From an uncultured delta proteobacterium (GTDB taxonomy: Bacteria; Desulfobacterota; Syntrophia; Syntrophales; UBA2185), in NCBI GenBank assembly GCA_963695875.1, contig CAVOID010000011.1:32001-96000 (forward strand): 64,000 nucleotides of DNA. The letters are read 5' to 3'. Numbering within the stretch: position 1 is the first letter of the stretch; each line of letters starts with the position of its first letter. Positions 41,365 through 53,957 of this stretch are shown here, in pieces. A program made the translations under genes and the position numbers. The notes under the pieces are model-generated. The model did no database searches. It saw only the letters and a program-made list of their open reading frames with translations, and was not told the DNA's origin.

Positions 41365-41973
41365 ATGGCTGCAAATAAACAAAGAGGTCTATTCCTGACC
41401 CGGTTCAGAATATACTTCCTCTCTATTTTCCTGATTGTGGCATTTCATCCTTCTGATTCCTCAGCCGTAACCTACAGGTGGATAGACTCGAGTGGTACAA
41501 TACACTTGTCAGACAACCTTGATGATGAATCCACTACATACCAGCGCGATTTTGAAATCGTAACGGAACTGCAGGAAACGGGCAGACAAACAATAATCCC
41601 TTTTGAAAGAACAGCATCGGGGCTGGTAGTAGTCAATGCTGTACTGAATGGCGACGTGAAAGTGAGACTGGTTTTTGATACAGGGGCCAACCTTGTCGTT
41701 ATAACCGAGGACATATCAAAAAAATTGCATCAAGATGCATCCCCCGGGGATAAGGTCGTAAAACTTTACACCAACTGTGGAGAAGTCGAAGGTCGGTCTT
41801 TTGTAATTAATAAAATTGAACTGGGAAGCGCACAGAAAGAAAATGTCCGGTCCGTTGTTACTTCCAACAATTATTCCCTCAGCGGCTTCGATGGTCTGCT
41901 CGGTCTTAGCTTTTTAGGAGATTTTAGAGTAACAGTAGACTATCAAAACGAGAGGATCGTCATAGGTAGATAA
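41365..41973 (+). CDS. Exported DUF4124 + retropepsin-like aspartic protease
   Basis: Signal peptide, YRWIDSSGTIHLSD, VFDTGA, DGLLGLSFL. Confidence 0.85.
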   Translation: MAANKQRGLFLTRFRIYFLSIFLIVAFHPSDSSAVTYRWIDSSGTIHLSDNLDDESTTYQRDFEIVTELQETGRQTIIPFERTASGLVVVNAVLNGDVKVRLVFDTGANLVVITEDISKKLHQDASPGDKVVKLYTNCGEVEGRSFVINKIELGSAQKENVRSVVTSNNYSLSGFDGLLGLSFLGDFRVTVDYQNERIVIGR

Positions 41974-42131
41974 GATAAATAAGAGGTTGACTCGACGAGA
42001 TGAAGAATCCCGGACGTGTATTACGTGTGGACCGTCTTCATAGGAGATGATGTTCCGGATGATTTCCGAAGCCTTTGTAGAAAATTCCGACAGAGCGCTT
42101 TAAATGCTGGCGATTTCGCGGCCATTTTCCC

Positions 42132-42160
42132 TTGACACGCAACATACTTTTCCTTACACT
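42132..42160 (+). promoter_or_regulatory. Candidate sigma70 promoter of the 42269 MORN gene
   Basis: TTGACA-17-TACACT. Confidence 0.55.
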
Positions 42161-42268
42161 TCCCAAAAAGAAAAACTAGATCCTGTCAAAAATAAATTGC
42201 CAAGCGTCTTTTGGATGAGAGATCGTCTAAAAGGTGTCTTTTCGTTTCCATGAAAGTGAGGACAAGAA

Positions 42269-43540
42269 ATGCCCGCTTTTTTCAATAAATTTTTCAGGAA
42301 TCTTTACAAAAAAAAGCCTGCAAAGAATATAGGTCCGGACAAGAAGATTATGATGGATGGGCAAGGGACGATGTCCTACCCGGGAGGTATGAATTATGTG
42401 GGAGAATGGAAAAACGGCAAGTGGGATGGGCAGGGTACACTGAGCTATCCGGGTGGATTGCGTTATGCGGGGGAATGGAAGAACAACAAAATGGATGGTC
42501 AAGGAACTATGACCTTCCCTGACGGTGCACAATATACCGGTCAATTTAAGAACGGTGAGTTCAGCGGACAGGGGGCCATGATGTTTTCCAGCGGGAAAAA
42601 ATATACAGGTGAGTGGAAAGATGGTGAGCCTAATGGTCATGGTACCATGGCGTTTCATGACGGTGCACAATATATAGGTCAGTTTAAGAATGGTGAATTA
42701 GATGGACAGGGAACCATAACCTTCCCCGATGGCAAGACCTATGTGGGACAGTTTAAGAATAATCTCTTTCATGGGCATGGCACGATGTCTGGTGATGATG
42801 GCACACATTATGTCGGGGAATGGAAGGATAATAAGAGAGAAGGGCGGGGAGTTTTGACCTCCCAGGACGGTAGAACATATACCGGGCAGTTCAGAAATGA
42901 TGAGTTAAATGGAGCTGGAACTCTTACAAATCCCAGCGGCAAAAAATATGTAGGGCATTTTAAAGATGGCAAAAAGAATGGAAAAGGGAATTTAACCCTG
43001 TCCGATGGCACTGAATACGTCTGTGAATGGAAGAACGATATGATGGAAGGAAAGGGCACGATAAAGTTTTCAGACGGCAAAACATATGAAGGCCAATTCA
43101 AAGATGGTAAAATGAATGGACATGGGATGTTAACTTTTTCCGACGGAAGAAAATATACCGGACAATTTAAGGATGGAGTTTTGGAAGGACAGGGACTTGC
43201 CAAATTTCCAGACGGTAAATCGTATGTAGGTCAGTGGAAAAACAGTATGTTTGATGGACAGGGGACGATGACATATCCGGATGGTGGGGAGTATATAGGA
43301 CAGTTTGAGAACGGTATGCCTCATGGACAAGGAACAATGACCAGGCCCGACGGTCAATACGTGGGCCAGTTTAAGAACGGAAAGAAAAATGGACAAGGTA
43401 CGATGACTTTTACTAACGGGACGAAATATGCGGGTCAGTTTAAGAATGATGATTATCACGGGCAGGGGACATTAATACTTCCCACCGGCGAAAAATATGC
43501 GGGCGAATGGAAGAACGGCAAGTTTACGGAAGTCAATTAA
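42269..43540 (+). CDS. MORN-repeat protein (about 17 repeats)
   Basis: Continuous 23-aa repeats YxGQFKNGxxxGQGTMTFPDG. Confidence 0.92.
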   Translation: MPAFFNKFFRNLYKKKPAKNIGPDKKIMMDGQGTMSYPGGMNYVGEWKNGKWDGQGTLSYPGGLRYAGEWKNNKMDGQGTMTFPDGAQYTGQFKNGEFSGQGAMMFSSGKKYTGEWKDGEPNGHGTMAFHDGAQYIGQFKNGELDGQGTITFPDGKTYVGQFKNNLFHGHGTMSGDDGTHYVGEWKDNKREGRGVLTSQDGRTYTGQFRNDELNGAGTLTNPSGKKYVGHFKDGKKNGKGNLTLSDGTEYVCEWKNDMMEGKGTIKFSDGKTYEGQFKDGKMNGHGMLTFSDGRKYTGQFKDGVLEGQGLAKFPDGKSYVGQWKNSMFDGQGTMTYPDGGEYIGQFENGMPHGQGTMTRPDGQYVGQFKNGKKNGQGTMTFTNGTKYAGQFKNDDYHGQGTLILPTGEKYAGEWKNGKFTEVN

Positions 43541-43704
43541 CTCATAATAGCAGCAGTCATGTTCTTTCCCCAATCTTCATTTCTTTAGTTTTATCAAAAT
43601 CTCATTATAGTGGTCCGTTGCAAAGAATATTGAAATTCATCCTCTGCCAAAGGTTTCTACAGAAGGGGTAAATGAGGATGAGTGGGGATTTAGGAAGCAG
43701 CAGT

Positions 43705-44517
43705 TTATTCATGAGCCTTACTATAACCCGCCTTGAGGGCCTCTGCTTCCGAATTAAATGAGATGCGGTGATAAGACTTGACTCTGTCGTAATACTTCAT
43801 ACCAGGCAGGTGATATCGCTTGCTGTCCCGGTTTCCAATTACCTTTGCTTTTCCCGGTGAATGGGGGTCATTCCGGGCTTGGGTCCCTGATTCTTTCGTA
43901 CTATTGTCACGCTCTACCGATACAAAACTACCGGATGGTGTGGGTATAGGACTATCCCCTGAACTGCCGGGAGCCCATATCGGTGAAGGCTCCGTTTTTA
44001 CTACAACAACCGAAGACATGCGGTCGTTTCTTCCATAAGGAACTTCCTTCCCTGTATACTTGGATGTGGATATTTTCTGACCTTCGGTAGCTTCTTCTTT
44101 TGGTGGCAGCACGAGGATGCAGAGAGAAAGAACGGCAATAACCCCAATGACAATGCTTAGCCCAAAAATGCCTCGGATAGTGCGCTTTTTTAAAAGTTGC
44201 TTTTCCCCGGCTGTTTGTTCAAAAGATGCATTTCCCCCCGAGAAAAGGGATAACTGGGGCCAATGCTCCGTTTGATGATTTTGACCGGATTGAGTTTGAT
44301 AGCGCCTCAGAACATGCTTTTCATTTAGCCTCAAATATGCGGCATACTTTCTTAAATATTCTGCAATAATCTTTGGATGAGGAAATGAACTGAAATTATC
44401 ATCTTCCAAAGCTAAAATCGAAGGAATGCTGATGCCTGTGGAGTGAGAAATCTCTTGTAGTGATATAAGGCGTGATTCCCTCTTTCTTTTCAAATACTGA
44501 CCAAGAGTCTCTTCCAT
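43705..44517 (-). CDS. RodZ-like XRE HTH + TM protein with C-terminal Ada-metal-binding-like domain
   Basis: TLGQYLKRKRE...ALEDDNF...YLRKYAAYL, one TM helix, then GNRDSKRYHLPG...FNSEAEALKAGY. Confidence 0.75.
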   Translation of the reverse strand: MEETLGQYLKRKRESRLISLQEISHSTGISIPSILALEDDNFSSFPHPKIIAEYLRKYAAYLRLNEKHVLRRYQTQSGQNHQTEHWPQLSLFSGGNASFEQTAGEKQLLKKRTIRGIFGLSIVIGVIAVLSLCILVLPPKEEATEGQKISTSKYTGKEVPYGRNDRMSSVVVVKTEPSPIWAPGSSGDSPIPTPSGSFVSVERDNSTKESGTQARNDPHSPGKAKVIGNRDSKRYHLPGMKYYDRVKSYHRISFNSEAEALKAGYSKAHE

Positions 44518-44740
44518 TAATCACCGAAGACTGTTTTTATTAAGCGCTTTTATTTTTTGCAGGTTGATTATAGTTAGTATGAAATGTTGAGTCAAAAGAA
44601 AAAAAGGGCAAGATACAGTATTTCGTTTTTGATAACTAATGAAGACGATTATATAAATTCCTAATCCTTGAAGTTGGAGAATCCGTTAAATCCGTCTCGA
44701 TATGTCTATATCGGGATGGATAACAGACAAGAATCTACTG

Positions 44741-46342
44741 TTAGATCTCTTTGACATCTTTCGTCAATTTTAATCTCCCATTTTTGATCATGGATTCCTT
44801 GTTTTTTTCTATCCATGAAATCATGTATTCGCTTTTCTTCATCTTCAGCAGCAAATTTGCCAAGGCTGCCTTTTTTGCATCGAAGTCATGGGAATCCAAT
44901 TTCCCTCTTTCCTTAAACTTCACTATTATGAAGCTCCCATTGACATAATAGACGTTATCCGGATTAGGGTTCTTTTCAGAAATTTGTAAGAGGGCATTAC
45001 TCATATCCTTGGAAAAGCCGATTTTCGGTATGGTGTAACCGGGTAGAAAGAGCCCTGTTTCTTCTATCTTAAGCCCTTTTTCCTGAGACATTTTTTGCAG
45101 TGTCTCCCCCTTCTTAAGACGCTCAAGGATGACTTCAGCGTCCTTTTTGCACAGGCGCATGGACTCTCCTTCTATAAATTGCTTTTCAACCTCCTTTTCA
45201 ATTTCATTTAAGCCCGGGATGTAAGAAGGTTTTCTGGCAATGAGTTTCAGAACGTAGTACGATTTGTCGTCTGAAAGGACAGAACTGAGTTCATCCGTTT
45301 GAAGGCTGAAGGCAACTCTGGCAAAGTCTTTGACCTGGCTGAATTCCTGAGGGATATTTTTTGAATTGAATAGACTCGTAGTGTTGATCTTAAATCCGTT
45401 TTGTCTGGCGTAATCGTCAAAATTTTCTTTTTGATAAATTTCGTCATGGGCTTTCTTTGCTTCTTCGGCGGCAATTTGCCTGCTGCGAGCCTGCTTTAAT
45501 TCGGCGATGATCTTATCTTTTACTTCGGATAAGGCAGCCGCTTTCCCCCCCTTTTTCATGAAGTTATCTTTGCGACGGTCATAGTATTCGACCACATCTG
45601 TGTCAGATACCTTCACGGAGGACAAAAAATGCTGCCCTGAAAAGGATATATACTTTATCTGAATCTGTTCCGGAACGCGGAAATCATCTCCATGTTCTTT
45701 CAGGTATGATTCCAGGTCAGCAAGGCGCGGACTGACCATGCTTTTACAATTCTTTGGCGAAAGGCTCAGATAGCTTATGTTTATTTTCTCGTTCTGAAAT
45801 CGGTACAGATCATAAACTTCTTTATCTGAGACCTTAACGGCTCCCTGGATTAGATCTTCCAGTTTTGCCATGGTCAACATCATTCTTTGAGCATCTTCAA
45901 AATCAGCTGGAGTCATCTTGTTGTAACGCAAGACCTGGTTATAAATCTTTTCGTCAAAAACACCTGCTCTTTGAAAAGCAGGGTTAGCAAGGATAGACGC
46001 CTTAACTTCATCCTCGGTAACCTGTATATTAAGTTCCTTTGCATTTTGAAGGATAACGGCCTGATTAATGACGTCATCGTATGCCTGTTGCTTAAGATCG
46101 AGGCTCTTAAGAATATCATCGGTAAGGACACCCCCGTATTGCTGCCGATAGATTTCAACAAGATTCTGGTATTTCCTTTGAAACTCAATGTATGGAATGG
46201 CCTTACCATCAATAATGGCGATGGTTTCAGCCTGATGTCTTCCACGTGTTGTGCCAAAATACAAGACGAAAACAAAAATAATCATTCCTAGCAATACAAT
46301 CATCAGCCAATGTCTGGCGTGCTTCCGCATTAGTTCAAGCAT
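44741..46342 (-). CDS. PpiD/SurA-N-domain periplasmic chaperone
   Basis: MLELMRKHA, TM helix, AFQRAGVFDEKIY, PEQIQIKYI. Confidence 0.85.
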   Translation of the reverse strand: MLELMRKHARHWLMIVLLGMIIFVFVLYFGTTRGRHQAETIAIIDGKAIPYIEFQRKYQNLVEIYRQQYGGVLTDDILKSLDLKQQAYDDVINQAVILQNAKELNIQVTEDEVKASILANPAFQRAGVFDEKIYNQVLRYNKMTPADFEDAQRMMLTMAKLEDLIQGAVKVSDKEVYDLYRFQNEKINISYLSLSPKNCKSMVSPRLADLESYLKEHGDDFRVPEQIQIKYISFSGQHFLSSVKVSDTDVVEYYDRRKDNFMKKGGKAAALSEVKDKIIAELKQARSRQIAAEEAKKAHDEIYQKENFDDYARQNGFKINTTSLFNSKNIPQEFSQVKDFARVAFSLQTDELSSVLSDDKSYYVLKLIARKPSYIPGLNEIEKEVEKQFIEGESMRLCKKDAEVILERLKKGETLQKMSQEKGLKIEETGLFLPGYTIPKIGFSKDMSNALLQISEKNPNPDNVYYVNGSFIIVKFKERGKLDSHDFDAKKAALANLLLKMKKSEYMISWIEKNKESMIKNGRLKLTKDVKEI

Positions 46343-46489
46343 TCTATATTTCCTCACTTGTATTTTAGGCAAAAACTTGTAGTACAGCCCCCTGTAAAAT
46401 GCAATAACTTTTTAAAAAGTCATTGATTGTGCAAATGAAATACTGTATAAATTATATCCTTATGACACAATGACAACTATGATTACTGA

Positions 46490-47557
<1,068 letters not shown>

Positions 47558-47735
47558 TTTTACGCCCTTTCAGAATATCTTATTTTTAAAAAATATGATC
47601 AAGTACGAGTTGGCATTTATGTCTATGGGGAGAGATCTTGCAAATTTCCCGAAAATTTATGTATCTTACATAGAGGACGGACTTGTGGGATGATCTCCCG
47701 GTTGGAGTCACCGTCTATATCCTTTCAGGAGACAG

Positions 47736-48564
47736 ATGTTATTCCCTAAAAAATATCGATCAGTTATGATAGCATGTCTCTTGGTCGTTATCTCTCTCAT
47801 CTTATTATCCTATAGTGTTAGACAGCCGTCCAAAGTCGGTTTTTTCAGAAGGCTGGTGCTGGAAACTGCAGCTCCGTTAGCAAATATAATAACCGTTTCC
47901 TTCGAAGGGCTTAAAGAGGCATGGAACAGGTATATATTTCTTGTAGGACTGGAAGAGGAAAACAGGCGCCTGAAAAAGGGAAATGCATTGTTGACACAGG
48001 AAACAATTCAGTATCGGGAAGGGTATCTTGAAGGAATACGCTTACAAAAGCTCCTCACACTCAAAGAAAGAGTCAACTATCCTACAATTACCGCGAGGGT
48101 CATTGCCAGAGACCAGACATCTATAATCAAGACAATATTAATTAATAAGGGAACTTCCCATGGTCTGAGAGTCGATTTGCCGGTTTTAGCTGACCAAGGG
48201 CTTAGTGGGAAGGATTGTTGAAGCATCCTCGCATGTGTCAAAAATTTTACTTCTCATAGATGAAAGCAGTAATATAGATGCGCTTGTTCAGGAGAACAGA
48301 ATCCAGGGAATTCTGCAAGGCGCTGGCTCACTGGGGTGTTCTTTGAAATACGTTTCAAAAACGGAAACTGTTAATGTTGGAAATATTGTCATTTCTTCAG
48401 GTCTTTCCGGTCTCTTCCCTAAGGGTTTGCTCCTTGGCTCCGTGAAAAGTGTGGATAAAACCGATAGCGGATTATTTCAGAAGGTTGATGTCGCACCATT
48501 CGTTGATTTTGCCAGGCTTGAAGAAGTGATGGTGATTGTATTGAATAAGGATGATGAAAGTTGA
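47736..48564 (+). CDS. mreC: Rod shape-determining protein MreC; frameshift near 48205
   Basis: EENRRLK, INKGTSHG, SSGLSGLFPKG, FARLEEV. Confidence 0.92.
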
Positions 48565-49074
48565 TCAATTATATTTTGGTACCTCTTTTTTCATTAATAT
48601 CTGATAGTTTTCCAGATGATGGTCTCTGATATCATGCTCTTTGGGAAAATAGGGGTGGAGCTATCCCTAATATTGGTAGTATATATAGGATTTCGACTCG
48701 ATATAATAAGAGGAGGAATCTTAAGCTTAATCATCGGCTTTTTACGCGACTGTATAACCTTTTCAATTTCCGGACTTTATACCCTGCTGTATGTAATTAT
48801 ATTTTTAATTTCAATGCTTGCTTCTTACAGGATTCCTCCTGGAAAGCCAGCATTCATCATGATTTTTACCTTGATGTGTGCGTTGTTTGAAGGCATAATA
48901 ATTGCTTTATTTTATCCTTTATTATATGGGGCAGACATATCACCCCATACTTTACTGTTTTATATACCACAGGCATTGATTGTCAGTGGCCTTAGCCCAA
49001 TATTATTCAGGGCTTTCAATCGGATCGAGGTAGTATTGAATGGCAGACATGAACGGCCAGTTAAACGGATATGA
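48561..49074 (+). CDS. mreD: Rod shape-determining protein MreD; probable indel near 48600
   Basis: Multi-TM protein with GFLRD, between mreC and mrdA. Confidence 0.8.
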
Positions 49075-50943
49075 ACCTGGCGAATTCAGGAAAAGGTTCA
49101 AGATAGCATTTGCCGTCGTGTCTATTATGCTATCTTTTCTAATTATGAGAATGTGGCATCTTCAGGTCATCAGGGGGGATGAATTAAGGCAGAGATCAGA
49201 AAATAACAGCGTACGCCTGAGAAAAATTAAACCATTGAGGGGGTTGGTTCTGGACACCAACGGCCACGTTCTTGTGGATAACCAGCCATCCTTTGACATT
49301 ATGTTTGTGCCGAATCGTGCCAAAAACATCAATGATGTGGCATACAAATTAAAGACTCTATTAGCTGCAAGAGACATGGAACTTTCGACGGACATAGCTC
49401 CTTTGGGAAAGAGAAGGTGGTTCCCACCGGTAAAACTTGAAAAAAACATTAGTATGGAAAAACTGGCTATCGTTGAAACCCATGCTCCTGATCTGCCAGG
49501 TGTAACCGTCGAGGTGGTTCCCATCAGACAATACATTCGTGGAGAAATGTTGGCTCACGTTATTGGTTATACTGGTGAGATTAGTCCGGAGGAATTAAAA
49601 AAAGACGCCAACGGCAGTTTAAGCGTCGGTGACATTATAGGCAAAGACGGCTTGGAGAAATATTTGGATCAATACCTCAAGGGTAAAAGTGGAGCGGAAC
49701 AGGTCGAAGTCAATGTTCTCGGCAAAGAAGTTAAAATTATTGGCAAAATCGATCCAGTTTCCGGATATAATGTGGTTCTTACCATCGATTCATTTCTGCA
49801 GAAGATCGCCTGGGATGCCCTAAAAGATAAAGCCTGGTTCCGTTGTTGTTATGGATCCCCGTGACGGTGCCATTCTTGCACTCGTCAGCTCACCATCCTT
49901 TGATCCAAACCTCTTCAACGGAGGGATTTCTTTTGAAGATTGGGACAATTTGTCGAATAATCCGTCACATCCAATGGGAAACAGGGCTATCTCTGGTCAA
50001 TACCCCCCTGGTTCTACATACAAACTCGTTGTGGCAGCAGCTGCCCTTGAAGAAGGATTAATTACTCCAGATACATCTTTCAACTGTAATGGGGCTTTCG
50101 AACTCGGTAACAGAACCTACAAATGCTGGCAAAAACATGGTCATGGTCGTGTCAATCTTCATCGAGCTATTGTTGAATCCTGTGATGTATATTTCTACAA
50201 TGTCGGCAAGTTAGTCGGCGTTGACAAGTTAGCCGAGTATGCCCGAGGCTTTGGGTTGGGACAGCTAACGGGAATTGATCTTCCCCGGGAAAAGAGCGGC
50301 CTTATCCCGACTAAAGAGTGGAAACAGTCAAAATTCGGAGAGGCATGGCAGATGGGTGAAACTATTTCGATTTCCATCGGGCAAGGGTTCGATCTTGTTA
50401 CTCCGATACAACTGGTGAATGCGTACTCTGCATTAGCCAATGGAGGAACTATTTACAAACCCCGGATTGTCAAGAGGATCGAAATGGCAGATGGCCGGGT
50501 TTTAAAGATCATTTGAACCTGAACAAAAAAGCAGGATCCCTATCAGTCAGAAGAACATAGATATTTTAAGTTATGCCTTCTGGGGTGTGGTTAATGAAAA
50601 GGGAGGGACAGGTTATGCTCTGAAGAGAAAAGAGGAGGATGTCTGTGGAAAAACGGGTACCGCCCAGGTTGTCGGTCTGCCGGACGATGACAAAGCCCGC
50701 AAGAGGAAAATAATTTCCGCGAAATTCAGAGATCACGCCCTATTTGTGTGCTTCGCACCGTACAAAAACCCGGAAATAGCAATCGCTGTTATCGCTGAAA
50801 ATGCCGGTCATGGGGGGTCTGCGGCTGCTCCTATAGCAAGAAAGATTATAGATGCCTACTTTGAACGTAAAAATTCAGAACATAAAAAAAGTCAGCCACT
50901 TGTGGCAGTCAGCCCAAGATCGCAAGCAGGTGTTTACAGATGA
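49040..50943 (+). CDS. mrdA: Penicillin-binding protein 2; frameshifts near 49835 and 50510
   Basis: PGSTYK (SxxK), SCDVYFY, KTGTAQ. Confidence 0.93.
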
Positions 50944-52049
50944 AATTTGATCGCCGGTTATTCTTCAATTTTGATTGGACCCTGCTCGTTCTCGTACTGG
51001 CTATCAGTTTCATCGGTCTGTTGAACATTTACAGTACGGGTTACAGCCTGGATAATTACAGGCAGGAAACCCTTTATATCAAACAGACTCAATGGATAAT
51101 TATTGGCCTTATATTAATGGGGATTGTCATTTGTATTGATTATCGATTCATCTCTCGATTCGCCTATGTCTTCTATGCGATCTCTATCATACTGCTGCTA
51201 GTGGTTTCATTCTACGGGTATACTACCCACGGGTCTCAACGCTGGATTGTCATAGGAGGATTTTTTTTCCAGCCATCAGAGTTGGTAAAATTGACAATCA
51301 TCATCGCACTGGCAAAATATTTTGACGACCACATGATAGAAAGAAGTTACAGGCTAAGAGAGCTGTTTATACCTTTTTTTATCGTATTGATCCCTGTTCT
51401 GTTTATCTTGAAGCAACCCGATCTTGGCACTGCTTAATGCTTCTTTTAATTGTTTTATCCATAACTTTTTTTATTGGTATACAATGGAGATCGCTGTTCT
51501 TGGCTTTTGCAGTGGCGGCTGTGCTGGTTCCCATTTCCTGGCTTCTTTTAAAAGATTATCAAAAGGAAAGGATCATGACCTTTTTCAGACCCGGAGAGTG
51601 ATCCACTCGGTTCAGGATATCATATTATTCAGTCCATAATTGCCGTCGGTTCAGGAGGCATCTTTGGTAAAGGTTATTTGAAGGGAACACAGACACAATT
51701 GAAATTTTTGCCGGTACAGCAAACAGATTTTGTGTTCTCTGTTTTTGCTGAAGAGTGGGGGTTTCTGGGGGGACTAATTCTGATGATTATGTTTCTCGTA
51801 CTGATATTGTGGTGTTTGAAAATTGCATTACATTCGAGGGATCTTTTGGGAATGCTGATATCCTTTGGCGTGACAATGCTAATCTTCTGGGAGGTATTCA
51901 TAAATATCGGGATGGTATTGGGTATGCTTCCTGTCGTAGGCATTCCTCTGCCATTCTTAAGTTACGGAGGTTCTTCAATGGTTGTCTTGATGACAGCCAT
52001 GGGATTGTTGCTGAATGTCAGCATGAGGAGGTTTATTCTTCACCCATAA
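50940..52049 (+). CDS. rodA: Rod shape-determining protein RodA; frameshifts near 51430 and 51590
   Basis: GSQRW, QPSELVK, QPDLGTA, TDFVFS, PLPFLSYGGSS. Confidence 0.93.
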
Positions 52050-52230
52050 TTATTATTAGAATCATCTCCGAAAAAGTTGCCAGTATTTTCAGGATTCAAG
52101 GGGTAAGGTCGTAGAAGGATCAAGTGGAATGGTTCAAACACTTGAACCCGCAGAATCCTTTTTACGACCGAATAGGAGAAGAACGCATTATATTAATAAC
52201 TAAAGATGCAGAGCACCAGGGGGCTCGATA

Positions 52231-52588
52231 ATGTCAAACAAGAAAAAAGATGAAGAAGTTAAGGCCTTTCTTGGAAAAGGAGCAGAATTCACCGGGAAAT
52301 TAATATTTAAAGGAACTGTCCGCATTGACGGTGACTTCAATGGTGAGATATTTGGCGGGGGGACCTTAGTGGTAGGTGAAGGCGCACATGTTGAAGCTGA
52401 TATAAACGTTGAAAGCATTCGTGGTCAGTGGAGACGTGCATGGACAGATCGAAGCTAATGGAAGGATTGAAATTTATCCGCCAGGACGAGTCTTGGGAAA
52501 TATAAAAACACCTATTTTCATAGTAAAAGAGGGGGCCATTTTTGAAGGAACTTCCAAGATGGACGATAGCAAATCAGAAAAATATTAA
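52231..52588 (+). CDS. Bactofilin (polymer-forming cytoskeletal protein); frameshift near 52420
   Basis: FLGKGAEFTGKLIFKGTVRIDGDFNGEI...GNIKTP...EGAIFEG. Confidence 0.85.
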
Positions 52589-52840
52589 AGTTGATAGTAA
52601 ATCCAGACTGTTATTAAAAAAAGAGATGTATGAACGAACACGATAAAACCACATTCAGCCAAAAAATACTTGACATTAACCGAGAGTTGTGATTAGAAGG
52701 CCGCGATTTTTAAACTCATACTTTGGGGTTCTTGAGGTTGCTCGTGTACAAAGTTCATATCACAGAATTTCATGGATATTTCTCAAAAAAAGACTCTTCA
52801 GAAGCTTTTTGTGATCAAAAAATCGCTTTAAATAGGACGG

Positions 52841-52881
52841 AACCGGGTGGATGAATTCTGTTCTTCCACTCGGTTTTTTTT
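52841..52881 (+). terminator. Intrinsic-terminator-like hairpin in the atp operon leader
   Basis: AACCGGGTGGA pairs with TCCACTCGGTT, followed by a T run. Confidence 0.6.
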
Positions 52882-52915
52882 GAATTTCAAGGTAACTTTA
52901 GTGTGAGGTATAATA

Positions 52916-53348
52916 GTGATCAGCATTGATTATACAATATTGGATCCAGATGGCTAATTTCCTTGTCTTGATTTTTATTTTAAATCTTCTCCTCTACAAG
53001 CCAATTTTAGGCATAATAGATAAAAGAAAGAAACAGATACAGGATACCGAAGAAGAAATCAAGCGCCTCAATCAGATGGTTGGAGAAAGAATGGCGGCCT
53101 ATGAAGAGAAGCTGCGCCTGGCAAAGATGGAGGCTTTAGAGAAAAAACTTGAAATCATGAAGGAAGGGGCCGAACAGGCAAAAAGCTTCATCGATGCAGC
53201 CAAAGGCGAGATTCCCGGTATGATGGAAAAGTTTCATGGGGAGATAAATAAGGAAGTTAACGAGGCCAAGACGCATTCTGACCGATCAGTCCCGGAGTAA
53301 TATCTGTCGAGATTGCCGAGAAATTGTTGGGAAGGAGTCTCCACATGA
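52916..53348 (+). CDS. ATP synthase F0 subunit b'; indels
   Basis: IQMANFLVLIFILNLLLYKPIL...IAEKLLGRSL. Confidence 0.85.
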
Positions 53349-53957
53349 TAAAATGGTTTTCGAAGAAGCTATTCAAACGCTCGTCATTTACGTTATTTTC
53401 TTTTATCTGTCCTGCTGATTATTCTGACCTGTGCGGTTACTTATGCATCGGAAGCCGGAGGGGAAGAGTCTCATACGAAAACTTTGATTGATTTTGGCTG
53501 GAGGATGCTTAATTTTGCCATCCTGGTCTGGTTCCTTTACTGGGTCGCAGCAAAAAAAATCAAGGAGTTTTTCTTCGAAAGACGTCAAAATATAAAGGCT
53601 AACATCGAAGAGACCATAGCTGAAAAAGAAGAGACAGAAAAGAAGTTCAAGGAATACTCTGCAAAGCTGGATAAGGCCACTGAGGAAATAAACAACATCT
53701 TCGAAATGATAAAAGCCCAGGGCTTGGTAGAGAAGGAAAAGATCATTGAAGACGCCAAAATTGCAGCCGAAAAGATGAAAGAAGACGCGCAGGCGCGAAT
53801 GGAACAGGAACTCAAAGCCGCAAGAAATCAATTAAGGGCAGAAGCTGCTCAGCTTTCCGTGGAGATGGCTGAAGAGCTTCTGAAGAAAAATATAACTCCG
53901 GAACATCACGATTATATGGTGAAAGACTATTTAGATAAGGTGGTGAAAAAACATTGA
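53345..53957 (+). CDS. atpF: ATP synthase F0 subunit b; indel near 53410
   Basis: WRMLNFAILVWFLY, then a charged helix. Confidence 0.85.

Noticed and set aside
42000..42041. ATGAAGA/TCTTCAT hairpin downstream of the aspartic protease gene
   Set aside because: Short stems with several mismatches. Not distinguishable from chance or a weak terminator.
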